NCBI GenBank assembly: GCA_965219405.1
Contig: OZ244736.1
Coordinates: 143,730 to 207,729 of the forward strand
Source of the DNA: Dehalococcoidia bacterium
GTDB taxonomy: Bacteria > Chloroflexota > Dehalococcoidia > UBA6926
Direction of reading: 5' to 3'
DNA: 64,000 nt
Shown here: positions 1 through 9,329 of the stretch, piece after piece
Layout: the number at the start of each line of letters is the position of its first letter
How positions within the stretch are numbered: the stretch's first letter is position 1
Notes under the pieces: generated by a model
Told to the model about the DNA's origin: nothing
Database searches by the model: none
Seen by the model: only the letters and a program-made list of their open reading frames with translations
Translations under genes and position numbers: made by a program

Positions 1-762
1 GACGACGCCGACAACGTCCGTATTCAGGTTGAAGATGGGCGCGCCACTTAGGCCCTCGACGAATTGCCTATCAATTTGGAAGAACAACGTTACCCCGATC
101 TCGTGCCGGGCCTGAATACTTCCACTCGCACCGGTTGGCACTTGTCCACCGGCTCCACCGGGGTACCCAACAGCGACAATACTCTCACCGGCGGGAACAA
201 ACGCGTCCCCCACAAGGTTGAGCGGTGGAATCTCTCCGTCAACGGGCAGTCGGATAAGGGCCACATCCCGAAGTTCGTCCCGGCCGACAAGAGTGGCGAG
301 CACCGAACCGGTCGTTCTATGTGTCACCTGGATTTCTGTGGCATCCAATGGAATGAGTTCAGAGCTCGTGACGATATGTCCATCTTCGTCGAAAACGAAC
401 CCCGTCCCTTGGCGGTTTCCAACATTGATACGAACAATGGAATCCGTCACCTCCGCGACCACTTCTTCCGGAGTCCGGATTGGTTTTGGCGTCGCGGTGG
501 GAGTTGGCAAGGCTGTTGCCGTTGGCAGAGGCGGTCGTGGCGTCGCGGTTGGAGTCGGTGTCACGGTTGGGGTGGGCGTGACCGTCGGAGTGTGGGTGGG
601 GAGCGGAGTATACGTTGGGATGGGTGTTGCCGTGGCTGTGGGCGCCGCAGGTCCTCCATCGCAGGCGCCACTCAGCCCAATGGCAAGCACGATGCCCGCT
701 GTAATCATGCCGAGCAGCACAAGCCTCAGCAATCCACTAGCGCCCCTACTCCCCGACATCAT
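1..762 (-). CDS. Trypsin-like (S1C/HtrA-type) protease-domain lipoprotein with Pro/Thr linker, 3' end outside window
   Basis: Not in ORF track; translated by hand from ATG 762: MMSGSRGASGLLRLVLLGMITAGIVLAIGLSGAC (lipobox-like), PT repeats, then GTGFVFDEDGHIVT, RDVALIRL, VAVGYP, EGLSGAPIFNLNTDVVGVV. Confidence 0.85.
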   Translation of the reverse strand, partial: MMSGSRGASGLLRLVLLGMITAGIVLAIGLSGACDGGPAAPTATATPIPTYTPLPTHTPTVTPTPTVTPTPTATPRPPLPTATALPTPTATPKPIRTPEEVVAEVTDSIVRINVGNRQGTGFVFDEDGHIVTSSELIPLDATEIQVTHRTTGSVLATLVGRDELRDVALIRLPVDGEIPPLNLVGDAFVPAGESIVAVGYPGGAGGQVPTGASGSIQARHEIGVTLFFQIDRQFVEGLSGAPIFNLNTDVVGVV

Positions 763-838
763 AAATTGGTGCCCACTCTTCTCCTGTTGACTAGCGCGAG
801 AGCCATATTTCCTGCTGCATGACAGCTATACTTTGACA

Positions 839-1777
839 ATGGCCGCTTCAGGCAGCCGCGTCGATCGGCCTCCCCGCGCCGACTTCCATTCTACCGTACT
901 TGTGACGGGTGGAACGGGGGTTATGGGGACTGTTGTGGCAGATTGCCTGCTCGCAGAGGGTCACTCTGTGCGCGTCTATTCGCGGCGAGCCTCGCAAGCA
1001 CATGTTTCGCCGGGCATAGAGCCTTTTGATGGCGATATTCGCGATGTCGACGCCCTGGCGGCAACACTCAGTGGCGTGGATGCCGTCGTGCATCTCGTCG
1101 GAATCCTGCGTGAGACCGAACGCACGCAGACTTTTGGCGGGGTGTTCCTGGAGGGCACGAGAGCTGTCATCCAGGCGGCTCGTCAGGCAGGTGTCCGACA
1201 GTTCATCCACGTGACGGGCATTGGGGCGGACCCGGATTCTCCTGACGCGTTTGAGCGGACGCGCGGGCAGGCGGAGCGCGAAACGCGCGAGTCAGGTCTG
1301 GATTGGGTTATCTTGCGGCCATCAGTGATTTTCGGCGTGCGCGGCAGCATGTTCGATCACATGGCACGGAGCCTAAAGAGCACGTGGCCATTCGCAGTCG
1401 TGCCGCGGCAGGACGGGTTGTATCAACCGATCTGGCATGATGATGCTGCGCTGTGTGTCGCCGCCGCGCTGCGAGACGGGACTTTGCTGGGCGGCACGTA
1501 CGAACTTGGTGGGCCGGACACATGGACGTACCGGGAACTCGTCGGACTGGCACTGCGCCAACTCAGGCTCAGGCGAATTGTGTTGCCGCTCCCATCCCCC
1601 CTGCTGTTAGCCGGGGCGGGTCTCCCACGGCTGGTGGGAAAGAGAGCAATGATCACGGCATCTGAATTGCGTCAGCTCACTCGCGATAACCGTACAGACC
1701 CCTCCGTGGTGTCCACGGTATTTGGAATCGAGCCGGTGAGCTTGTTGGCCAAGGTTGATGAGGCGTTCGCCCTCTGA
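839..1777 (+). CDS. NAD-dependent epimerase / atypical SDR (NDUFA9-like)
   Basis: VLVTGGTGVMG Rossmann motif, VDAVVHLVG, ILRPSVIFG, YQPI..DD, YELGGP. Confidence 0.85.
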   Translation: MAASGSRVDRPPRADFHSTVLVTGGTGVMGTVVADCLLAEGHSVRVYSRRASQAHVSPGIEPFDGDIRDVDALAATLSGVDAVVHLVGILRETERTQTFGGVFLEGTRAVIQAARQAGVRQFIHVTGIGADPDSPDAFERTRGQAERETRESGLDWVILRPSVIFGVRGSMFDHMARSLKSTWPFAVVPRQDGLYQPIWHDDAALCVAAALRDGTLLGGTYELGGPDTWTYRELVGLALRQLRLRRIVLPLPSPLLLAGAGLPRLVGKRAMITASELRQLTRDNRTDPSVVSTVFGIEPVSLLAKVDEAFAL

Positions 1778-1939
1778 CAGTCGCTAGCGGAGATGTCATA
1801 AGATAGAACGAGGTGAGAGTGGAGGCCACCGCCTGTGGGCGATTCTGCCTCCCCAATCAGCGCAAAGGGAAAGTTCATAGTGACCACCCGTTGGACAGGT
1901 CTGTCGCCCGTGACACGGCGCGCTCCGGACGCGCCACAA

Positions 1940-2623
1940 ATGGACCCCAATCGCGTTGCGCCTGCGCGCACCGCAGGTCGCCGACGTGGACGCGCCGGTG
2001 TGCGCCGTCCCGATGAGCTTGAGCATTTGCGCGATCGCTTTAGCAGATTCCGGCCCACCCGGTTCCGTCCGACGATGCAGACAAAGATCGCCCTGAGCGG
2101 GCTCTTTTTCGGCACATTCCTTGTCGCAGGCGGCTTATTCGTCGCATATCTAAACGCGGACGAAGCGCGCGTTGAACAATTGGGCCTGATCGGCGCTTTC
2201 GTTATCAGCCTGACGTCAAGCGCGACGGTCGTGCTGCCCGCGCCCGGCATTCTGATCATCCTCAGCATGGCGGAGATCATCGATCCGTGGCGGTTGGGCG
2301 TTGTAACGGGCATCGGCACCGGACTCGGCGGCAGCACGGCATACCTTGCCGGGGCGGTCGGTCGCGGCGCGATGGGGGAGTCGAGCAGGATCAAACAGCG
2401 GATGACGAACCTCTTCAATAGTAAATGGGGCGCGGTCATTCTATTCCTCGGCAACCTGATTCCCTTTGCGCCCGGCGACGCTATCAGCGCCATCGCAGGC
2501 ATCTCACGCTTCCCGTTGATTGCCTTCTTCATCTACGTCATCATCGCCTCAATCATCAAGATGATTGCTCTTTCATGGCTTGGGCGGATTGCGCCGGACA
2601 TCGCAGGAACTTTCCTGGGCTAA
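1940..2623 (+). CDS. VTT/DedA-family membrane protein (start uncertain, 1835-2075)
   Basis: Hydrophobic segments, VLPAPG, GTGLGGSTAYLAG, IPFAPGDAISAIAG motifs. Confidence 0.75.
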   Translation: MDPNRVAPARTAGRRRGRAGVRRPDELEHLRDRFSRFRPTRFRPTMQTKIALSGLFFGTFLVAGGLFVAYLNADEARVEQLGLIGAFVISLTSSATVVLPAPGILIILSMAEIIDPWRLGVVTGIGTGLGGSTAYLAGAVGRGAMGESSRIKQRMTNLFNSKWGAVILFLGNLIPFAPGDAISAIAGISRFPLIAFFIYVIIASIIKMIALSWLGRIAPDIAGTFLG

Positions 2624-2639
2624 AAAGGAGCGCCGTTCC

Positions 2640-3101
2640 GTGAAGATCGCCGTCGGGGCTGACCATGCAGGTCTCCCGCTCAAGGAAGCGGTTATCACGC
2701 GCATCGACGCGTTGGCGCACGCGTCTGTCGATCTCGGCGCGCACAACTTTGACACGGATGACGACTACCCGGACTTTGCTCTAGCCGTGGCCAAAGAGGT
2801 GGCGGAGGGCCGCGCAGATCGCGGCGTCGTGCTGTGCGGAAGTGGCGTTGGGGCAAGCATCGCCGCCAACAAAGTACGGGGCGTGCGCGCTGCCGTCTGC
2901 CATGACACGTATTCCGCGAGACAAGGCGTGGAACATGATGATATGAACGTCCTGTGCATCGGTTCACGCATCATCGGCTCGGCGCTTGCCGACAGCGTCG
3001 TTGCTGCATTTGTCACCGCCACGTTCACGGGAGAGGAACGTCATGCGCGACGCCTTGAAAAGGTCAAGGCAATCGAGGCATCTGGCGACGTGTCACAATA
3101 G
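2640..3101 (+). CDS. rpiB: Ribose-5-phosphate isomerase B
   Basis: KIAVGADHAG, DYPD, CGSGVGASIAANKVRGVRAA, HDDMNVLC, RHARR; AGGAG RBS before GTG 2640. Confidence 0.95.
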   Translation: MKIAVGADHAGLPLKEAVITRIDALAHASVDLGAHNFDTDDDYPDFALAVAKEVAEGRADRGVVLCGSGVGASIAANKVRGVRAAVCHDTYSARQGVEHDDMNVLCIGSRIIGSALADSVVAAFVTATFTGEERHARRLEKVKAIEASGDVSQ

Positions 3102-3135
3102 ATAGGGACACGTAACGGAATCCAGGGGGCATCCT

Positions 3136-4365
3136 GTGGCGACGTCGGATTTAAGACCAAATGAGCTTGTGTCAGCCGTATCGGCGGCGGTGGACGAGTT
3201 GAGCGATGAACTCATCCGCATCAGCAAGGATGTTCACGCGCATCCTGAACTCAACTACGCGGAGTTTTATTCGTCCGCGCTGTTGGCAGATGCCATGGAA
3301 CGGCACGGATTCACGGTTGAGCGTGGGACCGGAGGCGTTGAGACTGCTTTCCGGGCGACGCTCGAGGGCGGCGCCGGATCGGGGCCGACTGTTGCGTTCC
3401 TGGCTGAGTACGATGCCCTCCCGGAGATCGGCCATGGCTGCGGCCACAATCTGATCGCAATCTCCAATATTGGCGCGGCGCTTGCGCTCAAGGCCCTGAT
3501 GCCGCGACTGCCGGGCACAATACAGGTGCTCGGGACGCCGGCGGAGGAAGGCGGTGGGGGAAAGATCCGGATGATCGATGCGGGCTCATTCGGCGATGTG
3601 GATGTTGCGCTTTCATCGCACCCGGCGGCCAACCGCACGGTCATCCCCAACTCAATCCCGGTTGAAGAGAGCTGGAGCCTGGCGATGGTCGGCTATCGCT
3701 TTGCCTACCATGGCAGAGCCGCCCACGCGGCGGTCTCCCCCCACCACGGCATCAACGCGCTCAACTCCGTCATCCACCTTTTCACCGGAATCGATGCCCT
3801 CAGGCAGCACCTTCGGGAGGATGTCCGTATTCACGGCATCATCACGGACGGGGGGCGGGCGCCGAACATCGTCCCGGACTTCGCCGCCGCGAATTTCATG
3901 CTGCGTTCGCGTGACCGTGACTACCTTAGTGAAGTAGTAGAGAGCGTGAAACAGGTGGCGGAAGGAGCGGCGACGCTTACAGGCGCAACGCTTGAAATCC
4001 TGGACGCGCATCCGATGTATGAGAACGTGCGGCCAAACGAGCCTCTCGCTCGCGCAGCGCGACAGTACGCGGAGGCTGTGGGTATGAACGTTCATAACCC
4101 ACGACCCGGCGCGCGCGGCGGCGCATCGACGGATTTCGGAAACGTGAGCCAACGGATGCCGTCGTTTGCAGTGAGCTTTGCCGTGAGTGAAACACCAATA
4201 CCGGGACATTCGATCCAGATGACGGAGGCAGCGCTCTCGGATTTGGCGCATGAGAGCGCGCTGGGCGTGGCAAAGTCACTAGCGCTGACCGGCATTGACG
4301 CATTGACTGACGCGGATTTCCTCCAGGCGGTGCGCGCAGACTTTGAGGCGAGGGACGGTAACTGA
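3136..4365 (+). CDS. M20 family amidohydrolase (ACY1L2/AbgB-like)
   Basis: HAHPEL, AEYDALP, HGCGHN, GTPAEEGGGGK, GGRAPNIVP, ASTDFGNVS. Confidence 0.9.
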   Translation: MATSDLRPNELVSAVSAAVDELSDELIRISKDVHAHPELNYAEFYSSALLADAMERHGFTVERGTGGVETAFRATLEGGAGSGPTVAFLAEYDALPEIGHGCGHNLIAISNIGAALALKALMPRLPGTIQVLGTPAEEGGGGKIRMIDAGSFGDVDVALSSHPAANRTVIPNSIPVEESWSLAMVGYRFAYHGRAAHAAVSPHHGINALNSVIHLFTGIDALRQHLREDVRIHGIITDGGRAPNIVPDFAAANFMLRSRDRDYLSEVVESVKQVAEGAATLTGATLEILDAHPMYENVRPNEPLARAARQYAEAVGMNVHNPRPGARGGASTDFGNVSQRMPSFAVSFAVSETPIPGHSIQMTEAALSDLAHESALGVAKSLALTGIDALTDADFLQAVRADFEARDGN

Positions 4366-4384
4366 GACCGTAGGGGCTACTTCA

Positions 4385-5761
4385 ATGGCACGCGTTAAAA
4401 TCGCCAACGCCAAGTTCATCATGACGATGAACGCGTCACGCCGCATCATTAGCGACGGGACGATCATTTTCGATGACGATCGCATCACGCACGTGGGCAA
4501 GGCGGTGGACCTGGCAAACGCGCCTGCGGAGCAGATTATCGACGGGCGGGAGATGGTGATTACGCCCGGGTTCGTCAACGGGCACATGCACATTTCCTAC
4601 GCGCACGCGACACGCGGCATCTTTCCCGACGATCTCAGCCCCCGCGACTATTTGAGCAACGTATTTGCCCTGCAGCAATCCATGACTGAGCAGGAGGAGT
4701 ACGACACATCGTTGTTGGGCATTACGGAATTGCTGCGCGGAGGGACGACGACGTTCGTGGATCCCGGAAGCACGCGATTCCTTGATGCCTGCATGGATGC
4801 CTATGAGCGGGCCGGCTGCCGCATCGTCGTCGGGAGGCAGGTCACGGATCGGACGAACCCTCTCAATCTGCCCATCTATGAAACCGGAGAAGCCATCGCG
4901 CTGACGGGGCGAACAATTGACGCGTACGATGGCGGTCTTGACGGACGTGTTCACGCGTGGGCGATGCCGTTCTCCGTCGACTACTGCTCACCGGCACTGC
5001 TTCGGGAGCTTAAGGCGCTGGCCGATTCCATGAACACGCGGCTCACTCTCCATCATGGGAACGGCCCGGCTACGGTGCGCTCGTTCCTTGAGAGCTACAG
5101 TGTCCGCCCAACCATGTGGCTGGAGGATCAGGGCATCCTCGGGGATAACGTGGTGTTGTCGCACATCATAGGACTGGATGGCAAAGAGGTTGCCTCCATG
5201 GCACGTACAAACACGTACGGCATTTTATGCCCAACGGCAGCGATGAAGATGGGCTCCGGCCTTTCACAACAGGGAATGGCGCCGGAGATGCTTCGGAGCG
5301 GCGTGACGCTGGGACTCGGCACGGATGCCGGCAATAACTCGAACCTCATTGAAACGCTCCGATCCATGTATCTCATCGCCATCCTGTTCAAGGACGCCCG
5401 GACGGACACACGGATGGTTCCCGCAGAGGCTGCGCTGGAAATGGCGACGATCGGTGGAGCGACCGCTCTCGGCCTGGATGATGAGATCGGCTCGATCGAG
5501 GCGGATAAGAAGGCTGACCTTGTGATGTTCGACACACGCCGGGCACAGTGGCGAACGCTGTTCAATCCGGTGAACAGCCTGGTGTACAACGCGGACGGGC
5601 GCAGCGTCCACACAGTGATTGTGAACGGGCGCACGGTCGTGGAGGGCGGAGAGGCGACATTTGTCGATGAGTGGGAGCTGGCGCAGCGGGTGCAGCGTCA
5701 CGGAGAGTCCATGCTGGAACGCACCGGTACGTCGTTCCCACCCCGCTGGCCGGTGATCTAG
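4385..5761 (+). CDS. Metal-dependent amidohydrolase (TRZ/ATZ/SAH-deaminase-like)
   Basis: PGFVNGHMH, LGTDAG, ALEMATIGGA, GSIEADKKADL, TVIVNG. Confidence 0.9.
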   Translation: MARVKIANAKFIMTMNASRRIISDGTIIFDDDRITHVGKAVDLANAPAEQIIDGREMVITPGFVNGHMHISYAHATRGIFPDDLSPRDYLSNVFALQQSMTEQEEYDTSLLGITELLRGGTTTFVDPGSTRFLDACMDAYERAGCRIVVGRQVTDRTNPLNLPIYETGEAIALTGRTIDAYDGGLDGRVHAWAMPFSVDYCSPALLRELKALADSMNTRLTLHHGNGPATVRSFLESYSVRPTMWLEDQGILGDNVVLSHIIGLDGKEVASMARTNTYGILCPTAAMKMGSGLSQQGMAPEMLRSGVTLGLGTDAGNNSNLIETLRSMYLIAILFKDARTDTRMVPAEAALEMATIGGATALGLDDEIGSIEADKKADLVMFDTRRAQWRTLFNPVNSLVYNADGRSVHTVIVNGRTVVEGGEATFVDEWELAQRVQRHGESMLERTGTSFPPRWPVI

Positions 5762-5808
5762 CGTCCGGAGACGCCCCGTTCGCGCTTTCGCCGGAAAGAC
5801 CGTGGGTG

Positions 5809-7008
5809 CTAGTCCGGCAGAGACCCCTCTTCACGCATCACGTTGGCAAGCAGGCCAATGCCATCCTGGATTTCCTGTGGCGTGGGGAAGCTGTAGTTGA
5901 GCCGCGCCCGCTGAGAGCCCTCCCCGGTGGGCGAGAACTGGTGCCCGCCGAGGTAGCGCACGCCCCGCTCTTGTGTGACCGGCTCAAGCGCCTGCATGTC
6001 CGTGTCCTGCGGGAATTCCGCCCACACAAACATGCCTGCCTTTGGAACCGTCATGCTCACAAGTGGTCCGAAGTTTTCTCCGAGCGCGGCGACCATCGTG
6101 TCGCGCTTGTGCCTCATCCGGTCGTTCAGGTGGCTGATGCGGGCATCCATGTGATCTTCCATGAACTTGGCAACAATGAGGCCGGAAAGGTAGTCATTGC
6201 CGACATCCTGCTTGTACGCCGCCATCCGTTCAATGAGACGCTCGTCCCCCGTCACCCAGGCCACTCGGACGCCGGGCGAGAGAATCTTGGAGAACGTGGC
6301 GATATAGATGACGCGTTCCTGTGCTCCGTCAAGTGACGCGATGGCCGGGGGCATCTCATCGACGTCCAGCATCTGGTCCACGTAGCAGTCATCTTCGAGG
6401 ATCAGCGTGTCGTATTCCTGCGCGAGGGCGAGCATTTTCGCCCGGCGGTCGGACGGCATGATGGAGCCGTCCGGATTCTGCGGACTGGGAATCGTATAGA
6501 TGAATTTGGGCGTGACGCCCTCGGACTTAAGTCCGTCGAGCTTCTGCTCAAGAAGGTCCATCCGCATCCCGTCCTCGTCTCTATCGATGGTGACGATGCG
6601 GAGTTCTCGAGCGACGAATGTCCGCACGGCGCCCTGGTAGAAAAATCGATCAGTAATGATCGTATCGCCCGGGCTGGTGAGGGTTTCAAGACAGAGCGTG
6701 ATCCCCTGTGCAGATCCGTTGGTGGTGAGCACCTCGCTGATGGTCGGCCACGTCATGCCGCGATGCGCGGCCATCTTGTAGAGGATAATTTCACGCGTGC
6801 GGACAGGGCCATACGTGGGCGGGTAGCGGGCGATGATTTCCTTCTCTTCGTGGATGACCGCTCGCGCGGCTTCCGCCAGCTCTTCGATCGGCATGACATC
6901 CGGGCCGGGATTAGCGCCACCGAAGTCGTATTGGAAGACCTCTTCCTGCCACGTGGGCACGGGCCTTTCAGGCACCGTCCAAAAACGGGAATAATCAATG
7001 CTGCCCAT
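5809..7008 (-). CDS. PLP-dependent class I aminotransferase (2-aminoadipate/aromatic type)
   Basis: YTIPSPQNPDG, ILEDDCY, TFSKILSPGVRVAW, GMFVW, RLNYS. Confidence 0.9.
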   Translation of the reverse strand: MGSIDYSRFWTVPERPVPTWQEEVFQYDFGGANPGPDVMPIEELAEAARAVIHEEKEIIARYPPTYGPVRTREIILYKMAAHRGMTWPTISEVLTTNGSAQGITLCLETLTSPGDTIITDRFFYQGAVRTFVARELRIVTIDRDEDGMRMDLLEQKLDGLKSEGVTPKFIYTIPSPQNPDGSIMPSDRRAKMLALAQEYDTLILEDDCYVDQMLDVDEMPPAIASLDGAQERVIYIATFSKILSPGVRVAWVTGDERLIERMAAYKQDVGNDYLSGLIVAKFMEDHMDARISHLNDRMRHKRDTMVAALGENFGPLVSMTVPKAGMFVWAEFPQDTDMQALEPVTQERGVRYLGGHQFSPTGEGSQRARLNYSFPTPQEIQDGIGLLANVMREEGSLPD

Positions 7009-7136
7009 AAACCCTCCGCCTCTCATTTCCCATCATGCGGTTCACCAACGCGCTGCGCGGAGAGTAGCACAAAGCGTCCCTTGCTGCCGATTGGTGTGCA
7101 ATCGGCAGCAAGGGAACACTACGAGACGAGTCGGAT

Positions 7137-8183
7137 TTACTCGGTTGGCCAGCCGGCCGGAATCACGTCCTCATCAAGGGATTCCTGGACGGCTTCAGCG
7201 ATGTCATCCGGAACCCACGCGCTCCAGACATCCTCGTTGTTATTGAGCCACCACAACGCGGAATCGGCGGTGTCAGCATTGGGATTGTCCTGCTGCCATG
7301 CCACGACCGTGCCGAATTGCGGAATGTCAAAGCTCCATTGCTCGAACATGTCGATGACTTCAGGAGCTCGCTCTGCGAGGTCTGTGCGCACGGCAATCTT
7401 AATCTCGGCGTCGCGGTAGCCGCAGCCCTCCGTTGGGGCGGGGCCGCCGTCAGTGAAGGCCTGCATAACTCCCCAGCAACTCTCATTGTAGGCGGGCTCT
7501 TCCAGACGAACGAGGTCAAGGAGGAGCGCCGGGTCGTTCGTGCCCCACTGGTAGCCAAGCCATGGCTCCTGGCGCTCAAAGGCACCATAGAGGTCTGCGT
7601 TGGCGGCTGCGCCGTCACCGGGGTTCACGACGTGGACGTGATCCACCAATCCATAGCCCTCGATCTGCGCGGCGTTAACGTTCTCGCACGCCCATCCGAT
7701 GACACAGGATACCAGTCGGGCCTTGCCGTCGGTCTCCGCAGTGGCAAACAGTGCCTTGTACTGCTCGTCCTTGAGATCCTCAACGTTGTCCAGGTCCGGG
7801 TACTGTTCCTGGAGATAGGTCGGGATCACGAATGCCGACTGCCAGTCTGCACCCAGGCTAAAGCCGACTTCCTGCACAGTTCCCTCGGCCAGCGCGTCAA
7901 CCCAGGCGGCATCCTGGTTGGGCAGCCAGATCTCCATGGTCACGTGCGTATCACCGGCACGCAGACCCTGCAGCAGCGGCAGCGTTGCGCCGAAGACAAC
8001 ATCCGTTGGGTATCCGTAACCTTCTTCAACGATGTATTGTGCGATACGATTCTGAATCTGCGCACTTGGCCAGTTCAGATCGCTGAACACAATCGGATCC
8101 TTCTCTTCCTCCTGCGTGCATCCCCCGATGGCTGCCACAGCCAGCGCAACTATCGCGAGTGCAAGTATAATGAACTTCCTCAT
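7137..8183 (-). CDS. proX: Glycine betaine/proline-type ABC transporter substrate-binding lipoprotein
   Basis: Signal peptide ending IGGC; NWPSAQ, MEIWLPN, CVIGWAC; downstream of ProV/ProW-like genes. Confidence 0.85.
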   Translation of the reverse strand: MRKFIILALAIVALAVAAIGGCTQEEEKDPIVFSDLNWPSAQIQNRIAQYIVEEGYGYPTDVVFGATLPLLQGLRAGDTHVTMEIWLPNQDAAWVDALAEGTVQEVGFSLGADWQSAFVIPTYLQEQYPDLDNVEDLKDEQYKALFATAETDGKARLVSCVIGWACENVNAAQIEGYGLVDHVHVVNPGDGAAANADLYGAFERQEPWLGYQWGTNDPALLLDLVRLEEPAYNESCWGVMQAFTDGGPAPTEGCGYRDAEIKIAVRTDLAERAPEVIDMFEQWSFDIPQFGTVVAWQQDNPNADTADSALWWLNNNEDVWSAWVPDDIAEAVQESLDEDVIPAGWPTE

Positions 8184-8261
8184 GGGTACCTCACCTCCGT
8201 TTCCAGTGTCTATCTTATAACGAATCGCGGCAAAGATTTCCGAGTGGCATGATTTTGGCTC

Positions 8262-9329
8262 CTAACCCGCGGTCATTGCTTCATCTCTGCGAGCCGCAAC
8301 GGCCTGGGTAAGGCGGTCAATGATGATCGCGAGGAAGACGATGGCGAGTCCGGCGATGAGGCCGTTGCCCGGCTCATTCTTTTGGAGAGCGCGATTAACG
8401 TTGTCGCCCAGGCCGCTCGCGCCGACGAGGCTGGCAATAACGACCATTGCCAACGCCATCATCGTAGTTTGGTTGACCCCGGCCATAATCGTTGGGAGCG
8501 CCATCGGAATCTGGACCTTGGTCAGGATTTGCCAATGGGATGAGCCGAATGCTCTCGCAGCATCGACAACATCCGGCGCAACTTGGCGAATGCCCAAGTT
8601 TGTCAGGCGGATAACCGGAGGCATGGCGTACAGCAACGTAGCGAAAATAGCGCCCGGCTTTCCCAACCCGAAGAAGAGGATGCCCGGCAGCAGGTAAACG
8701 AAGCTGGGCATTGTTTGCATGCCGTCCAGAATCGGTCTCATCAAGCGATCGATAAAGTCGCTTCGCGCCCCGGTGATACCAACGGGCAGGCCAATCGCTA
8801 TACACACCGCGACGGCCACAGCCATGAGCGCGAGGGTTTCCATTGTGCGGTCCCACAGGCCCATGAAGCCGATGAAGAAAAGAGCAGAGATCGTGAAGGC
8901 CAGCAGTGGTACTCGCCCGACCACATACGCCATCAATGCCAGGGCGACAAACATGGCAGGCCACGGCGTCCACTTCAGTCCCCTTTCGATGTAGACCAGG
9001 GAGTATGTGACGCCGGTGCCCATACCGTCAAAGGCCCATGCCGCTTCCCGTGTCAACCAGGAGACCGAGCTATCAATCCTGTCCGCCACCACTTCTCGTG
9101 CGCTTACCGAAAGCATCATCGACCCATCCGACGATTGCTCTTCTGCGACAGTGGTAGGGAATCCCATGTTCGAGCCCCAGATAACCAGGGACACGATCAG
9201 GACAGCCAGGACGAGGCCAAGTCCCAACCAACGCCGCCGAGGCAGTTCACGGCCGTTTGTTGGGGCCAACGTCTCCTTTTCAGCGGCCTGTGGGGCCTTG
9301 TCCATGACAGCATCTTTGGTGCTAGCCAT
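8262..9329 (-). CDS. proW: Glycine betaine/proline ABC transporter permease
   Basis: PILDGMQTMPSFVYL, RLTNLGIRQV, MAGVNQTTMMALAMVV, AIIIDRLTQA. Confidence 0.93.
   Translation of the reverse strand: MASTKDAVMDKAPQAAEKETLAPTNGRELPRRRWLGLGLVLAVLIVSLVIWGSNMGFPTTVAEEQSSDGSMMLSVSAREVVADRIDSSVSWLTREAAWAFDGMGTGVTYSLVYIERGLKWTPWPAMFVALALMAYVVGRVPLLAFTISALFFIGFMGLWDRTMETLALMAVAVAVCIAIGLPVGITGARSDFIDRLMRPILDGMQTMPSFVYLLPGILFFGLGKPGAIFATLLYAMPPVIRLTNLGIRQVAPDVVDAARAFGSSHWQILTKVQIPMALPTIMAGVNQTTMMALAMVVIASLVGASGLGDNVNRALQKNEPGNGLIAGLAIVFLAIIIDRLTQAVAARRDEAMTAG

Noticed and set aside
64-822. Plus-strand ORFs of 252 and 190 aa
   Set aside because: Antisense to the real protease-like lipoprotein; the GVAVG runs are the mirror of its PT repeats.
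1778-1940. Possible ncRNA between the epimerase and the VTT gene
   Set aside because: No recognisable motif, and the region may simply be the 5' part of the downstream ORF.
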